Source: a virus. From it: a DNA stretch of 44,656 nt. Each line of letters opens with the position of its first letter. Position 1 is the first letter of the stretch. Shown in pieces: positions 33,065 through 42,357 of this stretch. The notes under the pieces are model-generated. The model did not search any database, was not told where the DNA came from, and was given only the letters and a program-made list of their open reading frames with translations. The DNA lies in the IMG/VR virus record IMGVR_UViG_3300036861_000552, positions 1 through 44,656 of that record. The stretch is one strand, 5' to 3'. A program made the translations under genes and the position numbers.

Positions 33065-33264
33065 TAGTACGCTCGATTCTTGGGTTTCTTGTGGGATTCC
33101 ATCTGCGCCTTGATGCGCGCCTTCTGGGCTCCCGGCATGACCACACGCTGCCCTTCCGTGTCGAAGAGGGGCTGGAACTGTGCTTGCGCGGCAGCATCAG
33201 CCTCCTTGTCGAACTTGAACTTCTCGACAGGCGTAGAGTCCTGGTGATAGTTTTTACCAGCCAT
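33064..33264 (-). CDS. hypothetical protein
   Basis: 66-aa ORF, overlaps the downstream gene by 1 nt. Confidence 0.5.
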   Translation of the reverse strand: MAGKNYHQDSTPVEKFKFDKEADAAAQAQFQPLFDTEGQRVVMPGAQKARIKAQMESHKKPKNRAY

Positions 33265-33266
33265 GA

Positions 33267-33530
33267 TTACCCCGCCATCCCGTTCTTACCATCTCCACCA
33301 CCATGAGTAGTGGGGCCGGTATTGTCGGGCATCGGAACGTAGTTGCATGCGCCGGTCGGCTTCGCAGCCTCGGGCGTGCGCGCATCAGCCCCATCCCCGT
33401 TAGCACCCACTGCGGGTACTGCTTGGGGAGGGGCAGGATTCAGGTCGAACACGAAAAGAGGGCGTGCCCCTCGGTTTCTGGGATCGAACTGATCCGGGAC
33501 GATGCCTTGATTGTCATTCGGAAAAGACAT
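33267..33530 (-). CDS. hypothetical Pro/Gly-rich protein
   Basis: 87-aa ORF; ATG 6 nt after AAGGAGAAAAG (minus-strand reading). Confidence 0.5.
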   Translation of the reverse strand: MSFPNDNQGIVPDQFDPRNRGARPLFVFDLNPAPPQAVPAVGANGDGADARTPEAAKPTGACNYVPMPDNTGPTTHGGGDGKNGMAG

Positions 33531-33553
33531 CTTTTCTCCTTGAGGGGCAGGTT

Positions 33554-33577
33554 GGTAGGGGGCCGAAGCCCCCCACC
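33554..33577 (-). promoter_or_regulatory. GC-rich stem-loop with cUUCGg tetraloop just downstream of the major capsid gene
   Basis: Minus strand GGTGGGGGGC-TTCG-GCCCCCTACC: 9 pairs plus one A/C mismatch, UUCG loop; no U-tract follows. Confidence 0.5.
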
Positions 33578-33601
33578 TGTTAGCCCTGGTTCAAGTAGCG
33601 G

Positions 33602-34597
33602 TTAGCTGACCGCCGACTTGTTGTTCACTCCCGTGAAGACCCCAAGTCCCTTCTCGTTGCGGACTTCGAGCGTCAACTCGGCACGAATCTGCCCGGCGGT
33701 GCTGTCTCCACGCGTACCCATCAGCCTGTGACCAAGCGTACGGAACCACGCGAGCGCCAGCAACGAACGCTGGAGGAACCACACACGACCCGTCACGTCC
33801 GTCGCGTTCGCAGACGCGGAGGCCGTGTTCGCGGACACAGGCGACCAGCGGTTCAACTGGATCGGCATGAGCCCGAAGTCGGAGTCGTACACGTCCACGC
33901 CAACCACGACCTTCTTGTCGCTGGCGAGCACGTTGCGGGTGTTGGAAGTCGTCAGCGCGCTGAACTGGCGCTTGTAGGCACCGTTCATCACGATGAGGTC
34001 GGTCTTTCCACCCTGATCCCAGATGTCGTTGAGGATTCGGTTCACGTCATTGCTGCTGAACACGCCAGCATGCGTGGAATCACCCACAACACCCGTGTAG
34101 TCCGCACCGTCATAGACGGTCGTGGTGATGAAGTCTTCCAGCGTCTTCATCACGCGGCCAGTCGCCGAGTTCGCCGTGGTCTGGCTCACATCGGCCATCA
34201 GAATCTTCTCGATGTTCCGCATCGTCTCGCGCGTACCCTTCTCCAACTGGTACGTGTAGGCGTCGCCGAACCCGGCCGGATTCTCCTGGCGCTGGGATTC
34301 CGTAACCGCGATGTCCTTACCGACGATCATACACTGATTCGTCACGCGGCTCGGGGCCTCGATCGTCGAGAGCGAGAAGTCCGCTCCTTCGATCAGCCCG
34401 GTGGTGGACGCAGCGAGCAGATCATCGATCTGCCACTGGTGAATCGTGGACCGCGCCGAGGTCTTGCCGAGCAGGACCGTCAGCGGGGTGTCGTAAGGAT
34501 CGATGTTGGCAATGAAGTCAACAAGGTCCTCACGGTTGGAACTGGAGTGGGCATACGAATCATACAGATACGTGCCCACGTTTCCGATCGGGTTCAT
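33602..34597 (-). CDS. major capsid protein (HK97 fold, SU10/DUF5309-like)
   Basis: SNREDLVDFIANIDPYDTPLTVLLGKTSARSTIHQWQIDDL matches the N-terminal pattern of this capsid family; follows the scaffold gene; 331 aa. Confidence 0.85.
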   Translation of the reverse strand: MNPIGNVGTYLYDSYAHSSSNREDLVDFIANIDPYDTPLTVLLGKTSARSTIHQWQIDDLLAASTTGLIEGADFSLSTIEAPSRVTNQCMIVGKDIAVTESQRQENPAGFGDAYTYQLEKGTRETMRNIEKILMADVSQTTANSATGRVMKTLEDFITTTVYDGADYTGVVGDSTHAGVFSSNDVNRILNDIWDQGGKTDLIVMNGAYKRQFSALTTSNTRNVLASDKKVVVGVDVYDSDFGLMPIQLNRWSPVSANTASASANATDVTGRVWFLQRSLLALAWFRTLGHRLMGTRGDSTAGQIRAELTLEVRNEKGLGVFTGVNNKSAVS

Positions 34598-34603
34598 TAG
34601 GAA

Positions 34604-35707
34604 TTACCTCTGTTCCCAGGTCCTCAGGGACTCAGGGAGCATGTTACCGAGCAAACGGCGACGCCGAATCACCGCAGCCTGATCCTGGCTCAAACCAGGG
34701 CCAGCCGCTTCATTCAACGCTTGAATCTCTTCCCTCGTCGGGGCTTCCGTCGAAGGTCGAGCCGCCATCACTCCAGTGTTGGGGGATGTGGGGAGTCCCG
34801 CCTGCGCTCGCGCAGCAAGACGTTCCTCCTCAGCGACAGCAGCGTTCGCCTCCATCTTCTTCGTCAAGTCGAGACCCACACTCGCCGCGTACTGCTTGAA
34901 GGCATATTCCATTGCCTTCGCAGGCTTCCCCATCTGAACCAGTTCCGCAACGATTACAGCCTCATCGGGAGTGGACTTGAGGAAGTTCGAGACCTCGTTG
35001 ATGTGATTCACCGAGTCAGGATACTTGGTTCGCATGTACGTCTCGGCCTCAGTCATTCGCTGAAGCGGGTCGATCTTCGCGTTCACGACCTCGGCGGAAA
35101 TTTGCTCCGCTCGTGCCGTGGCCACTCGATCGATCGCCTGAATGAGAAGGTCGGTCGGAACACTGCTTTCCTCCGCGAATTGCTTCAGCACCGGATCGGC
35201 TGAGAAGTCGATCGGATTCCGAGCCACGGGGTTGACCCGAGGGGAACCTCCCGGAACACTGGCCGGGACAGTGGCGGCATTGCCGGCCTGGGGGTTGGCC
35301 CCAAACGCAGCAAGCTGTTGCCGGAGGCTGGTGATCTCGGAGTCTTTCGAAGCCGAGTCATCCAGCTTGGTCGAGAGCGTGTTGACGGCGTTGAAGTAGC
35401 CCTTACGCAACTCTTCCAGGGTGTTGTACTTCCCGAGTCCATGAGTCTCCTTGTTGAAAGGCTCACCGGGCGCGGGTGCAGACGGGGGAACTACAGCCGC
35501 CGCAGGAGCGGTAGCCGGTGCAGCCGCAGCGGGTGACGCAGCGGCAGCAGGAACAGGTGCAGCAGGAGCGGGTGCCGGATCACCGGCAACTGGAATCTTC
35601 GGAACTCCGGTGATCGCTCCCTGATCGACAAGCTGATTGAACTCTTTGGTGATCTGCGCAGACATCGCTGCACGAATCTGATCGGGGGTACGAGCTTCGT
35701 TTGACAT
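34604..35707 (-). CDS. scaffolding protein
   Basis: 367 aa between portal and capsid; Ala/Pro low-complexity linker PAPAPAAPVPAAAASPAAAAPATAPAAAVVPP flanked by helical segments. Confidence 0.6.
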   Translation of the reverse strand: MSNEARTPDQIRAAMSAQITKEFNQLVDQGAITGVPKIPVAGDPAPAPAAPVPAAAASPAAAAPATAPAAAVVPPSAPAPGEPFNKETHGLGKYNTLEELRKGYFNAVNTLSTKLDDSASKDSEITSLRQQLAAFGANPQAGNAATVPASVPGGSPRVNPVARNPIDFSADPVLKQFAEESSVPTDLLIQAIDRVATARAEQISAEVVNAKIDPLQRMTEAETYMRTKYPDSVNHINEVSNFLKSTPDEAVIVAELVQMGKPAKAMEYAFKQYAASVGLDLTKKMEANAAVAEEERLAARAQAGLPTSPNTGVMAARPSTEAPTREEIQALNEAAGPGLSQDQAAVIRRRRLLGNMLPESLRTWEQR

Positions 35708-35734
35708 GATTGACCTTTCGCGAGTCGATCGCGG

Positions 35735-36040
35735 TTACGGGGTGCCCAATTCGGCCCGGTGTGTCCGGGCATCTTCTGCTTCACGGGCTGCCGCTTGGGC
35801 GTCGGCATCCGCAATGAGAGACTGAGGTAGATCGAGGAAGTGTTGAATCGTGGCGATGCAACCACGGATGTAGTCGTCGGACTTCTGTTCCTCGCGCGCT
35901 TTCGATGGATCAGCCAGAAGCTCCAACATCGTCAATCTGATGTCTTTGAGTCTGGGTTCGAAGAAGTCCTGCCATGCTTGTGAGGCGTAGATGAAGCGAA
36001 CGCTTTCCACAACCTCACTAGGGTATCCTGCACTTTCCAC
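35735..36040 (-). CDS. hypothetical protein
   Basis: 101-aa ORF between portal and scaffold. Confidence 0.6.
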   Translation of the reverse strand: MESAGYPSEVVESVRFIYASQAWQDFFEPRLKDIRLTMLELLADPSKAREEQKSDDYIRGCIATIQHFLDLPQSLIADADAQAAAREAEDARTHRAELGTP

Positions 36041-36051
36041 AACGATCCTTT

Positions 36052-37926
36052 CTACTGGCTGATCATCCCAGCGATGGAGGGTCCTTCACCACCCATCTGT
36101 TGAAGAACTCCGGCATTGGGGTCGGTCTCAGGGACCTGACCGGCATTCTGGAAACCTGAACCCGCCAACATCTCTTGGACCTGGGGTTGCTTCTGGACGA
36201 GTTCGTTTACGTTCTGATAGTCCAACGAGCGGAGCATCTGACGCAGGAAGTTCACCATGTTGATTGCGCCGGCCACCATCGGTTGCGCGCCCGCGAGAAT
36301 CTGGAACATCGTGAGATCGTTCTGCTGCTTCGCTGACTTCGTGATTGAGGAGGCTGAACCTACCGCCCGAGCGACATACTGCGTAGCGAGTTCCCATCCC
36401 TGGATCGTCTCGCGCGTGGTCTGAATCGGCTTACCAGTCAGCGAGTCATTCTGGGCAGCATCACCGAGGATGAGCATCTGACGAGGGACCGAAAGGAGTC
36501 TGGAGTTCAGTGAGGCGAACCAATCGCCGAGAGGTTCAAGATACAGGGCCTCGTACATAATCGACTCCAGCATGAGTCGCGTACCCGCAGCTTCACGCCG
36601 GCCAACGAACTCTCGGGCCGTTTGACGATCGCTGCCGCCTCCCGACACGCCCATCACAGCATCATCGATGATGCCAGAACCCATCTGCATCCACTGCCAC
36701 ATCTGAGCGACTTGGGCAGCCCCAATGTTGAGACCGCGCATGTCGAATTGGATTGGAGCGAAGGCATCACCCGGAGGACCAATCGTCTGGAAGACGCGGC
36801 CAGGGCCGGTGACAAGGTTGCGCGGGTTGACGAGCTTGCGCGAATCCACGGCCGTCATCGGATGGATCACGAGATCAGCGCCATCGAGTTGCTGGTTGAT
36901 GAACCTGTTCGCCACCAACTGCATCTTCTCGGCGACCTCGGCCTTGCCGGGAGCCCAATAGTAGTGCGGGTCCATCGTCGGCGTGGTCGAGATGATCGGC
37001 TTCTGACGATTCGGGAACGGGTTGTCTTCCGCGCGCATGAGATACATGCCGTTGGCAACCGTGATTACCGTGTTGATCGAACCTGCAACCATGCCGCGAG
37101 GGGCGAAGCCGTAGTGCTCGATGATCTCCAGAACCGGGACGTTCTTGTCGTCCTGACCAGGATTGGAGGCCCATCCAGTGCGCGCCTCGAATCGCTTGAT
37201 GAGAGACTCTTCACCACGGAAGGCATTGGTTGCCTGTTCGCGCTTGAGACGCGCGATCTCGTTGGCATCGAAGATCGATCCACCCTCTTCAGAGGCGAGG
37301 AACTCAGCCTGATCGAGGGTCAGGTAGTACCGAATCTGGTACCACGGCATGTCATCTTCGAAGAGGTATCCAGGACAGGGGAAGCAGTCCAGCAAGTCCA
37401 CGGGCTCATAGTTCGGTCCGTCGAAGGTGACCACGCGCGAGCGTTGAATCTGACGCACTCGGTCACCGCTGAGAGGCAGAGCCTTCCACTCTTCCCGCGT
37501 CTGAATCTCTTCCTTGTGATCCCACATCACGCGCGAGACCGCTCGGCCGTACAAGTCGGCCCGAAGCATGTTCAGGTATTCCTTACGGATAACCTTGGCA
37601 TCGCGCAACTGCGCCGAGATGAGCGCATCATGCTTTCGAGCGGTGGCTGCATCGTCAGGACCGTACCCAATGAAGTTGAGGTACGGAGCTTGACCGAAGG
37701 ACGTGGCCATCTTTCGCGAAATGTCTGTCTCGATGGTACTGAAAATTAGAGGAAGATGGACATCATTTTTGGTAATAGAGGCTGTACCGGTATAAAGGCC
37801 CCGCCAAAGTTCGTAGTATCGAGGAAGTTTGTTCTTGAACACAGAGGAGAATCGCTCAGAGCGAGCCCGACATTCTCGCACGAACCCAAGAATCTGATCC
37901 CGCTTTGAGGTATCAACAACTGCCAC
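36052..37926 (-). CDS. portal protein
   Basis: 624 aa, upstream of scaffold and capsid; N-terminal RYYELWRGLY...LPLIFSTIETD resembles portal N-termini; call by size, position and motif recollection. Confidence 0.8.
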   Translation of the reverse strand: MAVVDTSKRDQILGFVRECRARSERFSSVFKNKLPRYYELWRGLYTGTASITKNDVHLPLIFSTIETDISRKMATSFGQAPYLNFIGYGPDDAATARKHDALISAQLRDAKVIRKEYLNMLRADLYGRAVSRVMWDHKEEIQTREEWKALPLSGDRVRQIQRSRVVTFDGPNYEPVDLLDCFPCPGYLFEDDMPWYQIRYYLTLDQAEFLASEEGGSIFDANEIARLKREQATNAFRGEESLIKRFEARTGWASNPGQDDKNVPVLEIIEHYGFAPRGMVAGSINTVITVANGMYLMRAEDNPFPNRQKPIISTTPTMDPHYYWAPGKAEVAEKMQLVANRFINQQLDGADLVIHPMTAVDSRKLVNPRNLVTGPGRVFQTIGPPGDAFAPIQFDMRGLNIGAAQVAQMWQWMQMGSGIIDDAVMGVSGGGSDRQTAREFVGRREAAGTRLMLESIMYEALYLEPLGDWFASLNSRLLSVPRQMLILGDAAQNDSLTGKPIQTTRETIQGWELATQYVARAVGSASSITKSAKQQNDLTMFQILAGAQPMVAGAINMVNFLRQMLRSLDYQNVNELVQKQPQVQEMLAGSGFQNAGQVPETDPNAGVLQQMGGEGPSIAGMISQ

Positions 37927-37928
37927 TG

Positions 37929-38186
37929 TCAGTTCTCCTGGCGCTCATGGCGCTTGATCCAGTTGCAGTTCGCACAAAGCAACTGAAAGCGAGCCGGCGA
38001 CTCAGTTACCGCCTTGAGTAGTTGGCCTGCATTTCCTTCTTTACCCTGTGCCCTCAAACGCCCTCCACCACCATTGACATGATCAACTTGGAGTGTTCGA
38101 GGATCAGAGAATCCACAGCGAGCACATTTCCCACCCAATAGAGCGAGAACTGCCTGCCTATATCGACGTTGGTATTCTTTAGCCAA
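37929..38186 (-). CDS. HNH endonuclease (distinct subfamily)
   Basis: CARCGFSDPRTLQVDHVNGGG...LLCANCNWIKRHE. Confidence 0.8.
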   Translation of the reverse strand: MAKEYQRRYRQAVLALLGGKCARCGFSDPRTLQVDHVNGGGGRLRAQGKEGNAGQLLKAVTESPARFQLLCANCNWIKRHERQEN

Positions 38187-38793
38187 GATTCACCTGTTCA
38201 AACCAATCCGGTAAAGGAAGAAGAAGAATACTGCCATTGACACCGATCACTCCTCCCTCTTTCTGAACAAACTGGAATAGACGACGAGTGAGATGAACAT
38301 CTGCCAAACAGTAGTCGTGGAGTTCCGCGAACCTACCCTGGTTGAAAAGAGCCGGGGCCATGTTACTCTCGCCCGACTTCTTCTGGTTGAGGGTGCGCTC
38401 TCCGACCTCACCAAGCGTGTGGCCCTTCTGCCGACAGGGAAGTGAATCCCAGATCATCAGCAGGAGGTCGTAGTGCTGTCGAAGACAGAGCCGGCGACCG
38501 AGGATCCCCTCGATCACTTCTCGGTCGAACTTCTCACCATTGAAAGAGAGGACCACATCAGCATCTTCCAGATGCCTTGCAGCCTCATCGAGCGTGTTCT
38601 GGTCATAGATGTGAAACCGGCCCGTGGCGGAATCCCACAGAACGAGGACGGAGATGCCACCATCACCTCGTTTCAGATTTGCCCATCCACCGACTTCATC
38701 AGCGAGCTTCTTCGTTTCAATGTCGAAAACTACGGTGCGCAGCGCGGAGGTACTCAAGGGCGTTTTCCAACTCTTTCTCTGTGAATTTTCCAA
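38179..38793 (-). CDS. DEDD-type (RNase H-fold, DnaQ/YprB-like) 3'-5' exonuclease
   Basis: VVFDIET (Exo I), SFNGEKFD (Exo II), HDYCLADV (Exo III). Confidence 0.7.
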   Translation of the reverse strand: MENSQRKSWKTPLSTSALRTVVFDIETKKLADEVGGWANLKRGDGGISVLVLWDSATGRFHIYDQNTLDEAARHLEDADVVLSFNGEKFDREVIEGILGRRLCLRQHYDLLLMIWDSLPCRQKGHTLGEVGERTLNQKKSGESNMAPALFNQGRFAELHDYCLADVHLTRRLFQFVQKEGGVIGVNGSILLLPLPDWFEQVNLG

Positions 38794-39091
38794 GACTCAC
38801 GTTGCAGTCCCAGCAAAGAATGCCTCGTACTTCGCCGGTTTCATGGTCGTGATCTAGATTGAGTTTCTCGGTGCTCCCACAGATAGCACACTGGCCGTTT
38901 TGCTCATTATAAAGACGTGCCCAATCCTCTGGCTCGATTCCATATCGTTGCCGGAGTTTCTGCTTGAATGAATGACGTGAACGACTGACGGGGTTCTCAC
39001 GTTTCCATTTCTTGAGGTACTCACTTCTATCCACGTTTGAATCCAAAGGGTTCGTAGGGAATGGGATCAGTTTGAAAGTTATCTGAACCAA
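38717..39091 (-). CDS. endonuclease VII-type HNH nuclease
   Basis: GQCAICG...LNLDHDHETGEVRGILCWDCNVSLG; ORF-track start is TTG 39091, and a GTG at 39031 would give a short overlap with the TerL stop. Confidence 0.8.
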   Translation of the reverse strand: MVQITFKLIPFPTNPLDSNVDRSEYLKKWKRENPVSRSRHSFKQKLRQRYGIEPEDWARLYNEQNGQCAICGSTEKLNLDHDHETGEVRGILCWDCNVSLGKFTEKELENALEYLRAAHRSFRH

Positions 39092-40778
39092 AGATGTCTC
39101 GCTTCAGTGCATCGAGATCGCGGGCATGATTCGCCTTGAGAACATCATCTCCAGGTTGGATTGGCATTTGGGGCTGATCATCCATACCCACAAGATTATT
39201 GATTCTTCCACGCCATACTTCGGGTCTAAAAACGTCTGCACACGGGTCAGACACGTCATCGTACTTCGTGCGTCCGATGTGGGTCATTTCGTAGATCAGG
39301 GTCTCGATGTTCTCAGCATCATCGAAGAGGCGAACGAAACCTTGGAGCCAGTAGCCCGCAGCTTCGCGGATACGCATATCCTTCTTCGTACCCGAGCGGT
39401 TGAACTGGTGAATCTCAGGAAGTGGAAGACCCGCCCCCAAGATCACTTGCTCAAGACGCTGCTTGTACACTCCGCGTTTACCACCGACCTCTGATTCATC
39501 GGTGAGGGCAGCAACGCGGTAACCGCGCTGTTTGAGGTCCCACAACACTCGAACGAGGTACTGATCGAACTCCTCATCCCGGCACTTGATCCTCACGGAA
39601 CGGTCGAAGTAGACGATGCCATTGGGCCGGAGGTCGTGGAGCCAGACGTTGATGGTGGAGTAGTCGCCTCTTTCGCGCCGTCCCTCATCCTTGAAGGCCG
39701 TGTCGATGTGGACCGTGGCGTACTCGATCGGAGGATTTGTGTCGCGAGGAATCCTCATCTTCTCGATCTGGTTCCGCGTGATCTCCATGTGCTCACCAGT
39801 CGAAGGATCGTTCATATACTGAGTTGAGTGCTCCTGTGACTTGCGGTTCTCATGGTTCGTGAGCCACTTGTCGTTGTAGCCTGCTTCAGGAAGAAGGGGT
39901 TCACCCTTCGGGAAGTTCTTGGTGTTCGAGCGATCACGCGCCTGAAGGTAGTAGACATGCCAGACACCACCAGTCTTGTAGGGTTCAGGTGAATCATGCC
40001 CTGACCAAGTGGCGACACCCTCTTGCTCGATCAACGTGCCGAAGGGGTCTTCATCGCCGTATCGCGTCATCGTGAGAACGAACAGTGAATCCGCACGAAG
40101 CGCATTGAAAATCGAGTCGATGGAGTCGGCAACCGTATCGAACCACGTACCACTCTCACCCAGCTTCTCTTTCGTCACCGGGTCGTCGTAGAAGACTTCG
40201 AGTGGATGCTTCGACGTGATGCCCGTCTCGACGCCGAATACCGCGAAGGACGGTTCAGACACCGCGAGAGAGAGTCGAGCACCGTGGACAACTTCCTCAG
40301 TGTTCCAATCACGCTCAGGGGAGTACCAGTTACCGTACAACCAAGCGAACCAAGCATCAGGATCGCTGCCATCCATGATGGACTTCATGGGCTTGAGGAA
40401 CGCCTTCGCGAGCGGAAGTGTTGCCGAGCCGATGCAGGTACTCATGTTGGGTTCATCGAGATGAGACCAGAGACTCGCCGACTTCGTGATGGTCTGGCTC
40501 TTGCCGTGACCACGAGGCGCGATGTTCGCGATCTTCATGGGCTCATGGACGCCGGCCGCACGAAGCACCTTCCAGTCCATGATCTTGCCTTGGAACCAGT
40601 CGAGCCAAGGTCCGTGAACCCGCTCCTGAAGCCAGGGCAAACCGCCCTTGGCGGTACAGCGCCATTCCCAACCGGCCGCGATCTTGACGAACCACCACAG
40701 GGCCCGCTCGTGTCGGCCCGGGCAGCAGATGTCACTCCACAACTCTCGTTCAGCTTCGAGTGGCCACGTCTTTGACAT
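39027..40778 (-). CDS. terL: terminase large subunit
   Basis: 583 aa; ATPase P-loop-like APRGHGKSQ, LTMTRYGDEDPFG; C-terminal nuclease region ATVHIDTAFKDEGRRERGDYSTINVW. Confidence 0.85.
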   Translation of the reverse strand: MSKTWPLEAERELWSDICCPGRHERALWWFVKIAAGWEWRCTAKGGLPWLQERVHGPWLDWFQGKIMDWKVLRAAGVHEPMKIANIAPRGHGKSQTITKSASLWSHLDEPNMSTCIGSATLPLAKAFLKPMKSIMDGSDPDAWFAWLYGNWYSPERDWNTEEVVHGARLSLAVSEPSFAVFGVETGITSKHPLEVFYDDPVTKEKLGESGTWFDTVADSIDSIFNALRADSLFVLTMTRYGDEDPFGTLIEQEGVATWSGHDSPEPYKTGGVWHVYYLQARDRSNTKNFPKGEPLLPEAGYNDKWLTNHENRKSQEHSTQYMNDPSTGEHMEITRNQIEKMRIPRDTNPPIEYATVHIDTAFKDEGRRERGDYSTINVWLHDLRPNGIVYFDRSVRIKCRDEEFDQYLVRVLWDLKQRGYRVAALTDESEVGGKRGVYKQRLEQVILGAGLPLPEIHQFNRSGTKKDMRIREAAGYWLQGFVRLFDDAENIETLIYEMTHIGRTKYDDVSDPCADVFRPEVWRGRINNLVGMDDQPQMPIQPGDDVLKANHARDLDALKRDIFGSDNFQTDPIPYEPFGFKRG

Positions 40779-41037
40779 ATTGCGCAGCCTTTCTCAATAC
40801 CTCAGGGCTGTCTTTGAAAAGCCCTAAAGCGGTATTGCACCTATTGCATAGAAGACCTCGGACCCTTCCAGTCCAATGGCAATGATCGATGCAGAGATGC
40901 TTTCTTTTGAGTTCCGGTAAACCACAAAGAGCGCATACTCCCTTTTGAGATTGGAACAGGGCATCATATGCTTCCTGTGTGATCCGGTATCGACGAAGAA
41001 CTGTTTCGCGAAGATGTCGTTGTGTTCGCACTCTCAT
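40750..41037 (-). CDS. endonuclease VII-type HNH nuclease
   Basis: GVCALCG...HLCIDHCHWTGRVRGLLCNRCNTALG; overlaps the TerL start by 29 nt. Confidence 0.85.
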   Translation of the reverse strand: MRVRTQRHLRETVLRRYRITQEAYDALFQSQKGVCALCGLPELKRKHLCIDHCHWTGRVRGLLCNRCNTALGLFKDSPEVLRKAAQYVKDVATRS

Positions 41038-41255
41038 GCAAAATTACCGCCACGAGGTTTCCTGCCTTTCGCGAGACGGAAGGTGGGGAGTCCCGTCTCT
41101 GGATCGCCCGTATCGGTGGGCCAGAGTTCCTGGTCTGATGCGCCTGGAGTGCTGGCAGGAATGTGCGTGATCCCAAGTTGGAGCTTGATAGCCTCGATCT
41201 TGCGGATCATGTCCGCATCCTCTGCCTGATTATCGTGTTGCTTATCTTTCGGCAT
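41034..41255 (-). CDS. hypothetical protein
   Basis: 73-aa ORF, 4-nt overlap with the downstream gene. Confidence 0.55.
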   Translation of the reverse strand: MPKDKQHDNQAEDADMIRKIEAIKLQLGITHIPASTPGASDQELWPTDTGDPETGLPTFRLAKGRKPRGGNFA

Positions 41256-41272
41256 TGCAGTTCCCTGCGTGA

Positions 41273-41434
41273 TTAGCCCTTCACGCGCTTGAGACGGGGG
41301 TTGGCTTTCTTCGCGGCGGGAGAAGCATTCCTGGCCGCTGCGGCAAGGACTGCGCCGGGGTTTCTGACTTTGCCTTCGAGCTTTTTCTCGACGGCCTTGA
41401 ATCCGGGATGCTTCGCTGAGTGTTTGTATGCCAT
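41273..41434 (-). CDS. small conserved basic protein (53 aa)
   Basis: Hand-translated MAYKHSAKHPGFKAVEKKLEGKVRNPGAVLAAAARNASPAAKKANPRLKRVKG; starts 2 nt after the upstream stop; below ORF-track cutoff. Confidence 0.55.
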   Translation of the reverse strand: MAYKHSAKHPGFKAVEKKLEGKVRNPGAVLAAAARNASPAAKKANPRLKRVKG

Positions 41435-41435
41435 G

Positions 41436-41585
41436 TCACTTCTTCCTCTTTGGCGCGCTCTTGGGCAGCGCCTTCATCGAGCCCTTACCGTGCGGTTTGA
41501 ACTCAGCGCACTTTCCGGGGCTCATCTTCGATCCTGGACATCCTGCTTCTGCCCACCGAGCTTGTTTCTGACTTTTCGGTGGCAT
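41436..41585 (-). CDS. small DUF3008-like basic protein (49 aa)
   Basis: MPPKSQKQARWAEAGC...GKGSMKALPKSAPKRKK; internal ATG of ORF 41436..41687, 2 nt after the upstream micro-ORF stop (TAACATG). Confidence 0.5.
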   Translation of the reverse strand: MPPKSQKQARWAEAGCPGSKMSPGKCAEFKPHGKGSMKALPKSAPKRKK

Positions 41586-41586
41586 G

Positions 41587-41730
41587 TTACCGTCCCAACC
41601 CGAGCACGCGGAAGACTCCGAAGAGAACCGCTTGCAGCACCACGTTGAAAACGAGTGAACCAATCGAGAAGCCGATACCAAAAGCAAAACCGGTAATAAC
41701 GTGACTACGCGATTCTCGCAGTTTCGACAT
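41587..41730 (-). CDS. micro-ORF, 47-aa membrane peptide
   Basis: Hand-translated MSKLRESRSHVITGFAFGIGFSIGSLVFNVVLQAVLFGVFRVLGLGR; ATG 7 nt after GAGGAG; below ORF-track cutoff. Confidence 0.5.
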   Translation of the reverse strand: MSKLRESRSHVITGFAFGIGFSIGSLVFNVVLQAVLFGVFRVLGLGR

Positions 41731-41998
41731 CTTTCATCTCCTCTTCGAACGCCTGTGGAAACTTCGCGCGAGCGCCGTTGATCTGGTTTTCAAGGAAGAT
41801 ACGAACGAGTGTCGCACTCTTCACGATCTCCGAGTGAACACCCGGATCAGCAGCAGTCTGGTCTGCAAGCATACGGAGAAATCCCACGACCGCTTCCTGG
41901 TTCTTTACGATTTCGCGCACGCGGGCATTCTCCATCTCCTGCGATTCATTTACTTCTTTCTTGGTCACTAGGGACTTCTTACTAGCCATTACGTCCAT
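41705..41998 (-). CDS. hypothetical protein
   Basis: 97-aa helical ORF. Confidence 0.6.
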   Translation of the reverse strand: MDVMASKKSLVTKKEVNESQEMENARVREIVKNQEAVVGFLRMLADQTAADPGVHSEIVKSATLVRIFLENQINGARAKFPQAFEEEMKDVETARIA

Positions 41999-42348
41999 CC
42001 TTTCGGAATTTCGGAAAATCCATTGACCTCATTGAGAAACTGCTTGCGCTTCAACCAGAGGTCCTGGGCGCGCTCCTTCTGCTGCTCGAACTCTTCAGGC
42101 GTGAACGTGGTCGGATCAACTAGGCCCTGTTCCAGCGAATCGGCCCGGGTGGGTTCAGGTGTGATGGTGCAGGTCGAGTCCGTGACAACCGTGTCGGTGA
42201 CTGCTGCGGGGCCTTTGATCCAGAAGTTCGGGACCACCGCTGGTTTCGATGAACCTCGATACGTGATTCCATCCGGCTTCATACTGTGGGGCACGAGTGC
42301 CGGATTCACCGCGAACATGAGGATGAGGGCGAAGAAGATGGTCAGCAT
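41989..42348 (-). CDS. membrane-anchored or secreted hypothetical protein
   Basis: N-terminal hydrophobic MLTIFFALILMFAVNPALV. Confidence 0.6.
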   Translation of the reverse strand: MLTIFFALILMFAVNPALVPHSMKPDGITYRGSSKPAVVPNFWIKGPAAVTDTVVTDSTCTITPEPTRADSLEQGLVDPTTFTPEEFEQQKERAQDLWLKRKQFLNEVNGFSEIPKGWT

Positions 42349-42357
42349 CGAGACCTT

